The notes beneath the pieces are model-generated. The model saw nothing but the letters and a program-made list of their open reading frames with translations, was not told where the DNA came from and did not search any database. The position numbers and the translations under genes are program-made. Shown here one piece after another: positions 1 through 12,268 of a DNA stretch of 64,000 bases (position 1 is its first letter; the number at the start of each line of letters is the position of its first letter). Source of the DNA: Laetmonice hystrix (Eukaryota); assembly GCA_965235115.1 (NCBI GenBank), contig OZ249438.1, positions 22,444,001 through 22,508,000 on the forward strand. The letters are read 5' to 3'.

Positions 1-457
1 AGACATTCACAAACAACACATACACGTACAGAAATGTATGGCCGGCGATGGGTTCGGCCATGCGGTCAGGGGAGCGGGGTCGGCCGGTCGTACTGGCCCG
101 AGCCACTCATCCGTGTAGCGGTTACGAAAAATTACCGCCGCTTACGCTGCGCCCACTCCTTCCCGCCCGCGTTCCATAGGCCCCACTTGACCTCACAGTG
201 GACGCAGCGCTGGGAAATTAACGGAACACCTCGGCAAGTGTTCAAACTGGGTCACATTAAGTCCATGGGGTTGTTAATGTTACGCTTGCCAGTTAAAATC
301 CTAACGTGCTCTTAAGCGTAAAAAAAAGCTAAGGAGCGCCATCGCGGACTGGTCGTGGCCCCATCTGACCACTGGAGCCGCGGCCCCCGCCACACTTAAT
401 CGCCATTTCCGAAGATCGCCGGCCACGACACGTCAATCGGACAACACGATTACTTAC

Positions 458-509
458 GTGCTTCAATCTTCTTTCGTTGCTGCGGCTTTCCTTTTCGCCG
501 GGCTGACAT
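458..509 (-). CDS. Candidate first coding exon (52 nt, phase 1), MSARRKGKPQQRKKIEA; resembles the N-terminal NuRD/RBBP4-binding motif of BCL11/SALL/FOG/ZNF423-type C2H2 repressors; rest of gene lies left of the window
   Basis: Minus strand reads GGCAAA-ATG TCA GCC CGG CGA AAA GGA AAG CCG CAG CAA CGA AAG AAG ATT GAA GCA C|GTAAGT. It has an invertebrate-type start context, an in-frame upstream TAA (551-549) and a perfect donor at 457-452. 7 of the first 10 residues match human BCL11A MSRRKQGKPQ. Family identity is an inference from 17 aa. Confidence 0.55.
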
Positions 510-548
510 TTTGCCTGAGTTTTCATTGAAAACTTGCTGCTGCCAGGT

Positions 549-578
549 TTACATTGGACAAAGAACAACAACAAACAT
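549..578 (-). promoter_or_regulatory. Upstream ORF (MFVVVLCPM*) in the putative 5' leader; overlaps a YY1-like CGCCATGTT motif
   Basis: Minus strand GACGCCGCC-ATG TTT GTT GTT GTT CTT TGT CCA ATG TAA; same frame as the ATG at 509, with a 39-nt spacer. Confidence 0.4.
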
Positions 579-923
579 GGCGGCGTCCGTGGAATGCTGG
601 GTAATGTGCTCGGCCCCGCGAGCACCTGCTAAGCTGTCTGCTAGCCGCTGTCGTCCGGCAGTGCGTTTGGCGCTCTTTCGGTCGTTCCTCTGGCCTCTGA
701 TTGTCACCACTTGGTCAGTTCCAGGCGACAACTCCCTCGTATATGTCCGTTAACTGAAATGGAGCACACAAAGACGATATGTCAGGCTTATTTTCCAAGT
801 CCACGGCAGTAATTTCAGGACGACCCGGTTGGCTTAAATGTGCAACAGTATTTGCGTCCACGCGAACTTGGCAGTGGCGTGCGCTCGTTTCACTCGCCCA
901 CTCGCAACTGACAGGGCTCTCAC

Positions 924-1068
924 TTCCTGGACGTGAGCTCGCCCGCCACCACAGACAGCGTCGACTCGAGCGCTCCCTTGGCTGATGTCAAAAAGCAGTG
1001 GCCAATGCAATGGTCAGATTTCAGCAGCGTATAGGAAGGATCCTGCTCCTTGCCTTCAGCTTCTACCA
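924..1068 (-). other. Possible upstream (likely 5'UTR) exon
   Basis: Acceptor cttccttttttttcaatatacgcag| at 1069-1070 and donor |gtgaga at 923-918; 145 nt; only one frame is open; no recognisable homology. Confidence 0.3.
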
Positions 1069-4000
1069 CTGCGTATATTGAAAAAAAGGAAGTTTGGACT
1101 AGTCGGTACATGAGGTCGATGCGTTTATTTTTGTATTGGTTTCACTTTGAAAAGCAGATGCTCTTGTGTAAGGCTTAAGAATGGCGGGTGGACTTAGCGG
1201 TAGTAGGCCTATCAGGTGATCAATGTTGAACTCTAAGTCAGGGAATCGTGGATATTGTACTTTAACCATTTTACTACCCTTTACACCACAGAATAGACTA
1301 TTTTTCAGCTGATTTTTTTTTCTGTTAATCCAGAAAACTTTATCAAATTGAAATGTACATCCGTCGTTGCTTCAAGTTTAAATCTGAAGCCGCTTTGATT
1401 TGCCTTAAGCGTTAAGACGACCTTAATAATCACAGGCATTTGGGGTTTAAGGCTTAGTTGAGCTTGAATCGAATTTCTTTGCCCTTTTTTCGCTTTTAGT
1501 CGTTGTTTTGCATGAATGGCAACGGAGCGGTGTTAAAAGAGTGGTTATGCCTATCAATTAGTGTTGGTCGTCGGAGAAGTTGGTCGCTTTACGGTTCTCG
1601 GCGGACACGTTTCTTGGGGACGTGGAGAGGGCGCGCAGGTCAGGCGAATCGGCCGGTCGCCGCCTCCCGACAATACGGCTCTCGGTCGGTCTTTCTTTGC
1701 CGGAGTTCTCGATGTTAGAACGACGGCAATTATAGACCAGCTGCGTTTATAGACACCCCCCCCCCCCCTCGCTTTTCCACCGCCTCCGAGTCCAGGCTAT
1801 CATTTGACCTATACAGGGCCTTTTCATATGCAATGGCCGACGCACGGGCAGCCGACTCTTTCTTTGCCTACAGCATGCAGCATGTTATTCTATAGCATGT
1901 GCACCTGAACATGATAATGACCGCAGGAGGACGGCCGAAGAATCCGCGTCCAACACTCACGGGCCTCTGGCTTTGTCCAGAAAGTTTACCAAATCAACCA
2001 TAGCGACATGCACCTATTCAATTCACTCTCGCCAGCAATCCCTCAATAACCAAAAGGATTTTTTTGGTGACAAATTTAAAGTTGTTTTTCCGCGAGACCG
2101 ATAAAAATGAAAGTGTAATTTCATAGCAGTCAAATTGTGATTGAAAATTGGAAACGATTACCGACTTTTTCCCACACAAAATGTTGTGCCATTAAAGTCA
2201 GTCACAGACAATCCAAGCCATTCGTCTACGGGAAGAATTGGCCGTTTAAAGGTGCCAAGCTGGAGGACGGCAACTGTCACCTTGTTGTGTCAATGCCGAT
2301 GTTGTAAGACAAAGATGAGGGTGGAGGCTATACTGAGGCCATCACCCTGCCCTGATAAAGACACCTTTTCCACTCGTATACCACGTATTGGTCAAAATGT
2401 ATATCTTTACGCACTGAAAGTGACAGTGATTGATGCACGTTGTCGACTGTGACTTCTCAATAATATAATGTGGATGCATTATTTAAATGATATATTAATT
2501 GTTAATATATACCTTTCGATATATCTTGGTATTTGTTATTTTGCTCAGCACTCGCTTAGATGGAGGTCTATCTGTATGATTCTGTGAATTGGTATACAAC
2601 AGCAGGCCGATATAGATTATAGGTTAAATTGTCAATGCATGTTTTACGAGTAGGACTAAAGGTTGGTGACCTTTTGCTTATAGTTTCTTCGTAATATCGA
2701 ATACTACTGCATGACAAGTACATTATGTAAGCCACAGGCACACAGCCTAAGGCTAAATGATCGCGCCATCATATTAACATAATTACGTGATTAACTATTT
2801 TGACTTGTATATGCTTGGCTGATGTAAGACGACATGTAAAATACTCACCTTAATGCATGGATAAAGCATGTATGTTGTTATTTTTTGGTCATGTTCAAAA
2901 GTATAATATATACTTACAATATTATTGTAAGTGATAACATGCTTAAAAGAGGCAGTGTGTGAAATGTATTAGACATTATGAAACAGAAAGAAATTAGGGA
3001 CTCATTAAATGAAATATAACATGAAAGGAAATAATATTTCAATCTCACCTACATGTTAGTGGTATAGGTCATGGGTTTGGAAATGGAATCTGATGTCTTC
3101 AGTGCACTTTAAAGTACTTTATCGTTTTCACATAATACTTTGCTGGTATATATATCCTTACCGTACCACTTGTAAGAAGTATTGCATCCGTAAAGCTGGT
3201 TTTCTTCCATCTTACTTATTTCCAACCATTCGTCATTTCCAGAGCATCATTTTAATTCCATTGCTTCAGAAGGTACTTAAGAGCAGAATACCCCAGTAAT
3301 TAACGGGCTTCTTACTATACACCTGTACATATAGGCTATATGAGTGTGTAAAGGTATTATGTTTCTGGTTGTCTACATGCCCTAGGGTTATAACGAAAGC
3401 AGTCGCCAACCTCTGACCGTTCCACCATTATAATAGTTTAAAATTCCAAAGTAATTCCTGCGAGGTTTTTTTGATGTTAAAACTATCAAGCTATTAATCA
3501 CCTAGCTGACGTCGAATCTCGGCTGCACAAACAGCCTTGCGGGGCGAATTCATTTTCGTTGTTCATTAAATGTTGATTATGCATAGTTAAGTAGTGTATT
3601 ACGTAATTGGTTTGGAGAGATTCTTGCTACATGCATTTTCACCCGCCATCATTAGCCATACGGCTATTTTACTATTTTTGAAGTTTCGTCCATCGACTGT
3701 GGGTATTTGCAATTAAGCAAACGCGAAGCTTACGAAATCGGGTTGAAGCTTTTTTTCAAACCGGCACTGAATCAGCTGAAATACACGCTCGTTATTCATC
3801 AAATTAGGCTAAAATGATCATATTTTCGTTCGACAATTGACATATCTGGTCTCGATGCAGAAACGAGGCTTGAATCGAATTACGCAGCAAACGTCACTGC
3901 GTAGATAATTACAAAAATGGATGCGCAAAGTTTTATCCTTGTTAATGCCAGAGTCATAGCGTTATTGAATTGGAAGCGACGTGTACACACTGGTATCGCA

Positions 4001-7000
4001 CGGAAAATTAACGAAATCTTCCGCCAAACAACTAATGCTATTTTTATCATTATACTGAGCTTCGATTGTCAGTGCCAGTTCGCAGACGAGTTGTTCTGAC
4101 CCGTTCAAACGAATCTCAATGTGCGTCTGTTTGCATGAACTGAACACTGCATGGTAAGGCGGCATGGTAGAGGAGAGCTATGCGCGCGCGCCCCCTGACA
4201 GCGAGTTTCTTCATTTGTAGGCCTACACGACACAGTATTGGCTCAAGGTTGAGTGATTGTTTTCCTCGTCTGTATATGTGTTGGGGAAACCTTCAGTCGT
4301 ATACACCTTTCCTTTCCAGTGACCCACCATCTGTCCTAGGCTAGATAGGAATGCAGGTAAAATATATCATAATATCATAGCATTATATGAGTCAGGGTAA
4401 TGGAAACATTGCTGCATACGTTAGCATGCCAACGTTGAAAAAAGTTACGGTTCGGTTAGCGCGAAACGCACGCGTGCAGCGCAAACGCCAACTGCAAACG
4501 CGCTATATCTTTGTATAGACTTCACGTAATAAGCCCATTTAATTGGAGCAAATTGGAGTCTTGTTAGACCCAGCCCGCTTCAAAGCGTAACAGAGATGAC
4601 CCAATTGCATATTAGCACGTGGGAGAAATACTTTTTTTTCCACTTCTCGTGCCATCGAGTACACGGGGTTCCCTCGTGAAGAAGAATGAGGACAAATGCT
4701 AATGCATGAATCTCGAGCAAGGTGGCGCTTCATGATGAGACATGTTATGACGCCGTCACTGGGACAGGTTGGAGCATTGCGGTGTGTACAGGAGGGAGAG
4801 TGTTCACAACGCAGCCCTAGTTGTAAACATACATTCAGAACCAGGCCTGCACCCGTGATAATAGTACAATGATTTCAGAATAAGAATGCGGAAATATATA
4901 CTTATTCCAGAGTGCTCTGGCTATACTTTTCCCGGGCATATTATATTAATATATACTGGCCTAAGGACCTATAGTTACACTGCCGATACACGTATTACGT
5001 GCATTTTAAACTTGAAGGAATGCATTCTCACACACTCTTGGTTTCTGATATTAAAGTTATTACATAAGTAGGTCTAATGTAAATCCCTTGGTATCGACAT
5101 TTATCCGAACTCTATGCCTAACATAAAATACGTCAGATTTGGTCGCAAAAATTTTTATTTTTATTTTATCTTCTTTTTTTTTGGGGGGGGGGGGGGCTAG
5201 GATGGGGGGGGGGGGTGAGTTATTTGTGAGGCTCAACATGAAGCAGCATAACCCAGGAAGCTGCATCTGAGTCAGAGCACAGCACTGCATGGCTGGGCTG
5301 ACTGCAGGCTTAGTTCGAACAGCGATCATTATGGGGGAGGCGTCCTGGAGCTTGTGCCAATTCAACGTTAAAGGATGGGGTTGCACACCACGTGGGGCGC
5401 CATTGTTGGTGCCATGAAGAACGACCAGCGCTTATGTAACTCGGTGCAACATCCCTTTGTTCTGTGTGGCGGTGGGGCCATGGGGCTGCAGGTCGGCCGC
5501 CGGCTGACCTTCACTGTGGGCCGCCACTGACTCTTGATAACTGATGAAATTGATATATTTACGTGGAGAAACACGCCACAGGTCGGGTTGATATCTCAAT
5601 ACCACAGCCATTTCTAATTCAAAGCTGATAAGCTCCTCTGTGGAAGTTTAGAACGTAAATCACAGTCCTGCGAAACACAATGAAAATAAATGTAAACGAC
5701 AACAACAGTTAATGCAGTTGTTCCGACAGAAACAAAAAATCACCACACAGCCTTCTATTAATTTAAGATTATTCTGCAGATGTACAGTGCCTTTTTATTT
5801 TAAATCGACTAGCAGAATTCGATAGTTAAATTCAAATGTAATTTTAATTTGAAATGGTCAAATTACGGGCCATTAGAACAAACCGAAACGTGATTAGAGT
5901 GTTTGAGATTGGCGAGAAAATCGCTAAGAATTCTCTGCGGATGGATTTAAGACTGCAGATGTGGGCATGATTCATGGGGAACCGCCTCAAGGATGGAAAG
6001 ATCGTTAAAAAGTAGCAGTGGAATCAAAACGTTTCGCGCCTTTCACAATGGTCAAATTACCAGTAGCACACAGTCTTTTAAGAGCGTATTTGGAATACTG
6101 ACGAATAGTAGAAATCTGCATTTGGTTCAACAATTTAATGCATGTTAATTCGCTCTGAGGGGCCTATCAAGTACGTAAAAGCTGGTCCAAACGTTGCGGT
6201 GGCCATAAAAATGTCCGCCCTGGGGTGCTTTATGTGGCCGGCAGGGCGCGGGCCGGCCGGCCACGCAGCATCCAACATATGTGACGACATGGCGGGATTT
6301 GTCGGTGGAGATTTATGGTAGCCCCCCACCCGGCGCCGCTCTCGCTCTCACTGCGCTCCACGGCCGTCTGGGGGCTACACCAGAGACACCTGGCGACAGA
6401 CGCCGTATTCAACTACTGACCACCGCCACCGTCAGCCAACACCATTGGTCAGTCTGCAACCCCCTGGCGCGCCACTAATCCACTTTAATTGACCGCACGT
6501 GCCATCAAGTGGACCCAAGTGACCAATGGGCCCGGGGATGAATGCTCATGAAACTTGACCGCTTGACCAATGGCTGAGAGAGTGGGAATTGCTGTCAAGG
6601 ACCCGTCATTAACGGTGTTGATGACGGGCCTGTTTACAGGTCGAGTTATTTACACGGCTCGGAAATCTAAACGAAGCAATCGCGCGTTTCACTCTCGAAC
6701 ACAATAACTAGCTCAAAATTAATTACTCCGAGCATATTTGATATAGACAAACAAAAGGGAAGGCTCAGTAAAGCATGCAGTAAATGTGAAACACAATTAG
6801 GCTAGATACATAAAGTGACAACCTTGTCACATTTCTTTGCCAAACATTTAAATGTTGCCTTTACGAGAGCAATTTGTAGAAATAGAGGGAGAGAAGTTTT
6901 ATAATTCACCATCAAGTACCATGATAATGAAATCAAACTAATATACATGTGTAATGAACATTTTTTGACCTTCATTAAAGTCCTATTCCTAGAAATTCAT

Positions 7001-9197
7001 ATCAGGTTTGGGCGACCTTGTTAGTTATTGATGTTGAGTTAGAACAACGTTGTATGGGATCATAGAACTGTGCATCCGACTTTGTTAAAACTCGCTATGC
7101 TCCTTTAAAGAAATCTCACTAACATTGACAGAGCTATTGTTTACATAGGTGCCCTGTAATTTACACCTAATCCGGGCACGAAATACTGAACTGCAAACAG
7201 TCTTCGGCGTATTATCCGGAATCCAGGACTGTAAATAATAATTAACTCAAACTTCGTTCGTATAAAGATACATTGTATAGGTATTTAATGAAAGGTAAAG
7301 TTTGGACCAATTATAAAGTTTATAGACGCATGGGTTCACGATATACGATAAAGGCTAAACAACATACACGTATTATTACGTGGGTCCGCATACGTCATCA
7401 ATTATATAAGTGAGTTTATAAGTAATGTCATATGTGCACAAGCAGTCGCTATAAATGATTATAGTGTCTCTATTATGATTTCACGCATTATGTATACCGG
7501 TATACATTTATATAGATCAGTGTCACTTGTCAACCATGCAGCTGAAAAGCTTACTTTACTTTTATATAGCCTTATGCAGTGAGTGTCCTTGGAAATTCTG
7601 AAAGATAAATGTTTCCGAAACATAATTATCCTAACGAGAAACATAATAAAAATACTGTATGAAGTGTACAAATTAACCTACATCCAACAAACAAGGTTAC
7701 ATCCAATGGTAAATGAACTTGTCTGTTGTGAAACATCATCTCGATATTATGTTAAATAATACTTTGTATACCCACATGTCCCCTTTGCATCTTGGTTTTA
7801 TGTATAGGTACGCCTAAATCTAATTACCCCTGTGATTTGGGGCGAGGGTATAAATGGGGTACGGAATGATTTAAAACTGTTTGAACTTCAGCCTTATTGG
7901 CAACTCTTTGTATATATATGCTGGACCAAAGACAAACAGATGCACGACATTTCACTTGTACATGTATTTGAAGGGACTACACATTGAAACATGCATGCTT
8001 TCACATACTTACCCCTAGAGTACCCCCTAGAGTATATACAAGTGCCATGCCTGGTCGGGAGGGGTAGAGGAGGTGGGAAGAAGTCAAATTTAACCACTAA
8101 AACACTACAACATATTTTTAGAACAAACTGAAGCCGTTTTGTTATATTGTTTTCTCTGATTAAAAGGAAATTGTTCGGCGTCCATGCCCCAGCCATCCGT
8201 CGATGGGTCATGCAGGCCGATGATGGGCCAGATCCATTACATATACATTCCATAATTATGACCGAAAGAATAGAGAATCCTGTAAGTAAGTAAGCAATAA
8301 GTAAGCTAGAAAGAAAGAGAGAAAGAAAGTAGTGGGGGAGTAAGTAGGGGAGTAAGTAAATAAGTAAGTAAGCCCCTTCCTTGCTGACAAGACATATATC
8401 AAGTTCAAACAGCTTAATTTTAACAAAAGTAAATTTTAGATTATATGCCAACGACATCATACGAAACTGACACATGTAAATATACATGCCTGCATGGTCA
8501 AAGTCCATTTTGTAAGTTGGTGGACGGACTAACTGACAACATGAAATGATTAGGTTGTTAATTATATAACCTTGCTTTATAAAAGACTTCAACCTTACAA
8601 AGGACAACTTGAGCTAGCCAATTAGTGGTATGGGTTAATTAAAGCTAAGGCGGGCAGGACGACTCAAGTTATATACAACGATAAACTATACCCTAGCCTC
8701 ACATAATATCCAATGTGAATTTTTTATAAAGATCAATTTCCAATAATGAAATAACTTCTCATGCACAAACACATTTTATGTTTCAATTTCAAACCAGTAT
8801 AATGTGCAAGGTTGACACGATTATTTTCTAGGGTATAATTCTCCCGAAAGGTTAATGCTGATTATCTTTACAGGTACGGATACAAAATACAAAAATACAA
8901 ATATTATACAGGCACAGGGTTTATTGTTGTTGTTTGTTTGTTTGTTTGTTTGTTAGTTAAAGAAAAAAATCCCCCTTTTCTACATGGAACTTACACACAT
9001 TTATGTAATAAGAACTGATGTGTATAAATGTAGACCTACCAGGGGAGGCTGTATTGACACCTCGTATCCACAATAACAACTCATCATGTTTGATAGGTTG
9101 AATCTATATTTAACTTGATATTAAAGCTAAAAATAACAACTTTGAAAACCGTCTCGCAAAGTATGTTTTTATAGGTCAATTAAGAGTCGTTATATCC

Positions 9198-9384
9198 ATA
9201 GGCTTCCCCGGGGGGCGGGGATGCGAACGACCCCCCACCTTTAGCCAACGGTGCCCCTCGAATTTTCAAGATTCTTAATGAAGTTGAGTTGCCATTTTTT
9301 CGTAATCTTTCTTCTGGTAGTGCTGACCAGGTGCCCCCGGAAGTCGAATTCGACCCACCCTTTGGAAATCCTGGGGACGCCTAT
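9198..9384. mobile_element. Small non-autonomous DNA transposon (MITE-like), ~181 bp
   Basis: Terminal inverted repeats ATA-GGCTTCCCCGGG (9198-9212) and CCTGGGGACGCC-TAT (9370-9384; reverse complement ATAGGCGTCCCCAGG), with TA immediately outside each TIR and no coding capacity. Confidence 0.6.
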
Positions 9385-11045
9385 ATAATATTCTCGGTGG
9401 GGAAGGCTATATTTTGCAAGCTAGCTTATATATATAATGTTTACAATTGTTTCTCGGAGGTAGGTATGATGATATAGGACTATATAAACAATAACTCCGG
9501 GGTAGACTGTTGACTGAGGTATGGGGTGGAGTTAGAGTACCGCTGTATACTGTTCCGTAATACTAATTGGTTGGGGCCTTGCATGCCTGACGTACGGGTT
9601 TACACGGTATAGAAACCGGTGTAAAAATGTTAGATCCGTCGGATATACAAAAGGAAATGCGTGAATAAAAATAATTGACAGGATGGCACACACTTGTAAT
9701 CGATTGATATGGGCTGGTGGTGGTGGTGGGGGGGGGGGGGGGGCAGCTGAGGAGTCGGGACGAGTGTCGGTCGAGGAGTCGCAATGAAACAGACATGCCT
9801 TGTGCTCGCCATTCAACCGGGCATCAAATCAAATACGACCGCACACACCGACAATTCTACACACAAACACCATGCGCCGACAAAACACACCAATTGATGA
9901 AACGCACGTGTATCCCGCCAGTTGGAGAAAGAAAAAAAAATGAGGGGCGAAGCGTGGATCAGCAAATGAATGGGACGACACGCGACTGACACTGCCAAAT
10001 TGGCGACCGGCCGTGCCTGGTGCGGCCAGAAAGGGGATGCACCAAGCGCAGGTAGACATGAAAGAGACCGACTCGAAGGTGGGCACAATCCTGCTCGGCT
10101 GGCGGGCCTTCTACTGGCACGACAACATATTGATGTTTCGCCGCCATGAAAAGAAACTAAAAGGCTTAATTTGTCCTTTTTGTTATCACCTCGCCGGCAC
10201 ACACCCTAAATGAGATCGCCGATTTGCTCAATTTCGCGCCGAACACGCCCTCACGTGAAGCACGCTGCTCTTCATCTCTCGATGTGATTTATAATTTGGT
10301 TTTAACTGACTTGTCGCAAAGGTTATGACTCAAACTTAACTTTTCAAAAACGACCTCGTGCCATTACAGGGAGACGTGTCCGCACTCAATACATCGCTCG
10401 GCACATTTTTATGGCTCGTTTTTGTGCATTGTTATGCGGCGTGACTTTTGGTCGGTTGTCTCTGAGATTAATGGAAATTGCGGTAGATCTGGTCCTAGAT
10501 GTAACAAATTGACTAGAAAGTGGTTGTTCCCAGTAAGACAATGTAAGACAATGTGTCATTAGGAGATGGTCTTTGCAGCTTTCTGAATATGTCCGTTCGA
10601 CCGCCTTTGCGCATGATTTGTATGCACCATACATACACGCATGTATATTGTGTAGGTATATGACCAAAACACACTCCTTGTCTATTATTTCATTCAAACA
10701 TGTATGTTATAATGTATCTTTATTAGAATTTATATACATTGTAATGGTACAGATTCTGTAATGTATTTATGACACATCTATTTACATAATGCATGCATGC
10801 GTACATATGTATAGGGAGAGATATTATAATTATGTACATGGTATATGCAGGTATGATAGCCTGCATCTTCCTTTCTGTCAGACTGTCTGTCTGCCTGTCT
10901 GTCAGTCTCTCTCCAAAAAGAAATAATGCAGGAAGTATAATGCAGGTCTAAGTACTATTGTAACTTATAGCCATACTGGGAGTTAATATAAGAAAAAAGT
11001 AAGGTTTCCGTGCATGCTATTGCTATTGGCGCTGGGCAGCCATGC

Positions 11046-12268
11046 CATGCTCCGTGCATGGTTTGTATGTACACGTGTGGGTACATGAATGGAGATCGAC
11101 CTATGTAGATGAGGACGAATGGCTCCGTGCATGGTTTGTATATACGTGTGGGTACATGAATGGAGATGGACCTATGTAGATGAGGACGAATGGCTCCGTG
11201 CATGGTTTGTATACACGTGTGGGTACATGAATGGAGATCGACCTATGTAGATGAGGACGAATGGCTCCGTGCATGGTTTGTATACACGTGTGGGTACATG
11301 AATGGAGATCGACCTATGTAGATGAGGACGAATGGCTCCGTGCATGGTTTGTATGTACACGTGTGGGTACATGAATGGAGATCGACCTATGTAGATGAGG
11401 ACGAATGGCTCCGTGCATGGTTTGTATGTACACGTGTGGGTACATGAATGGAGACCGACCTATGTAGATGAGGACGGATGGCTCCGTGCATGGTTTGTAT
11501 ACACGTGTGGGTACATGAATGGAGATCGACCTATGTAGATGAGGACGAATGGCTCCGTGCATGGTTTGTATGTACACGTGTGGTACATGAATGGAGATCG
11601 ACCTATGTAGATGAGGACGAATGGCTCCGTGCATGGTTTGTATATACGTGTGGGTACATGAATGGAGACCTATGTAGATGAGGACGAATGGCTCCGTGCA
11701 TGGTTTGTATGTACACGTGTGGGTACATGAATGGAGATAGACCTATGTAGATGAGGACGAATGGCTCGGTGCATGGTTTGTATATACGTGTGTGTACATG
11801 AATGGAGACCTATGTAGATGAGGACGAATGGCTCCGTGCATGGTTTGTATGTACACGTGTGGGTACATGAATGGAGATGGACCTATGTAGATGAGGACGA
11901 ATGGCTCCGTGCATGGTTTGTATGTACACGTGTGGGTACATGAATGGAGATCGACCTATGTAGATGAGGACGAATGGCTCCGTGCATGGTTTGTATGTAC
12001 ACGTGTGGGTACATGAATGGAGATCGACCTATGTAGATGAGGACGAATGGCTCCGTGCATGGTTTGTATGTACACGTGTGGGTACATGAATGGAGATCGA
12101 CCTATGTAGATGAGGACGAATGGCTCCGTGCATGGTTTGTATGTACACGTGTGGGTACATGAATGGAGATCGACCTATGTAGATGAGGACGAATGGCTCC
12201 GTGCATGGTTTGTATACACGTGTGGGTACATGAATGGAGATCGACCTATGTAGATGAGAACGAATGGC
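11046..12268. repeat. Minisatellite, 69-73 bp unit, 17 copies
   Basis: Unit atggctccgtgcatggtttgtatgtacacgtgtgggtacatgaatggagatcgacctatgtagatgaggacga; 17 copies counted from the tccgtgcatgg anchor. Confidence 0.97.

Noticed and set aside
577-606. Plus-strand first exon MAASVECW|GTAATG
   Set aside because: Weaker donor and no compatible downstream exon found; the CATG is better explained by the minus-strand uORF or YY1-like motif. A bidirectional promoter is not excluded.
7894-8607. 237-aa minus-strand ORF, the longest outside the repeats
   Set aside because: Non-ATG start, runs through a TAAG/GAAA low-complexity tract, and the translation has no protein-like motif. Unusual in length but unsupported.
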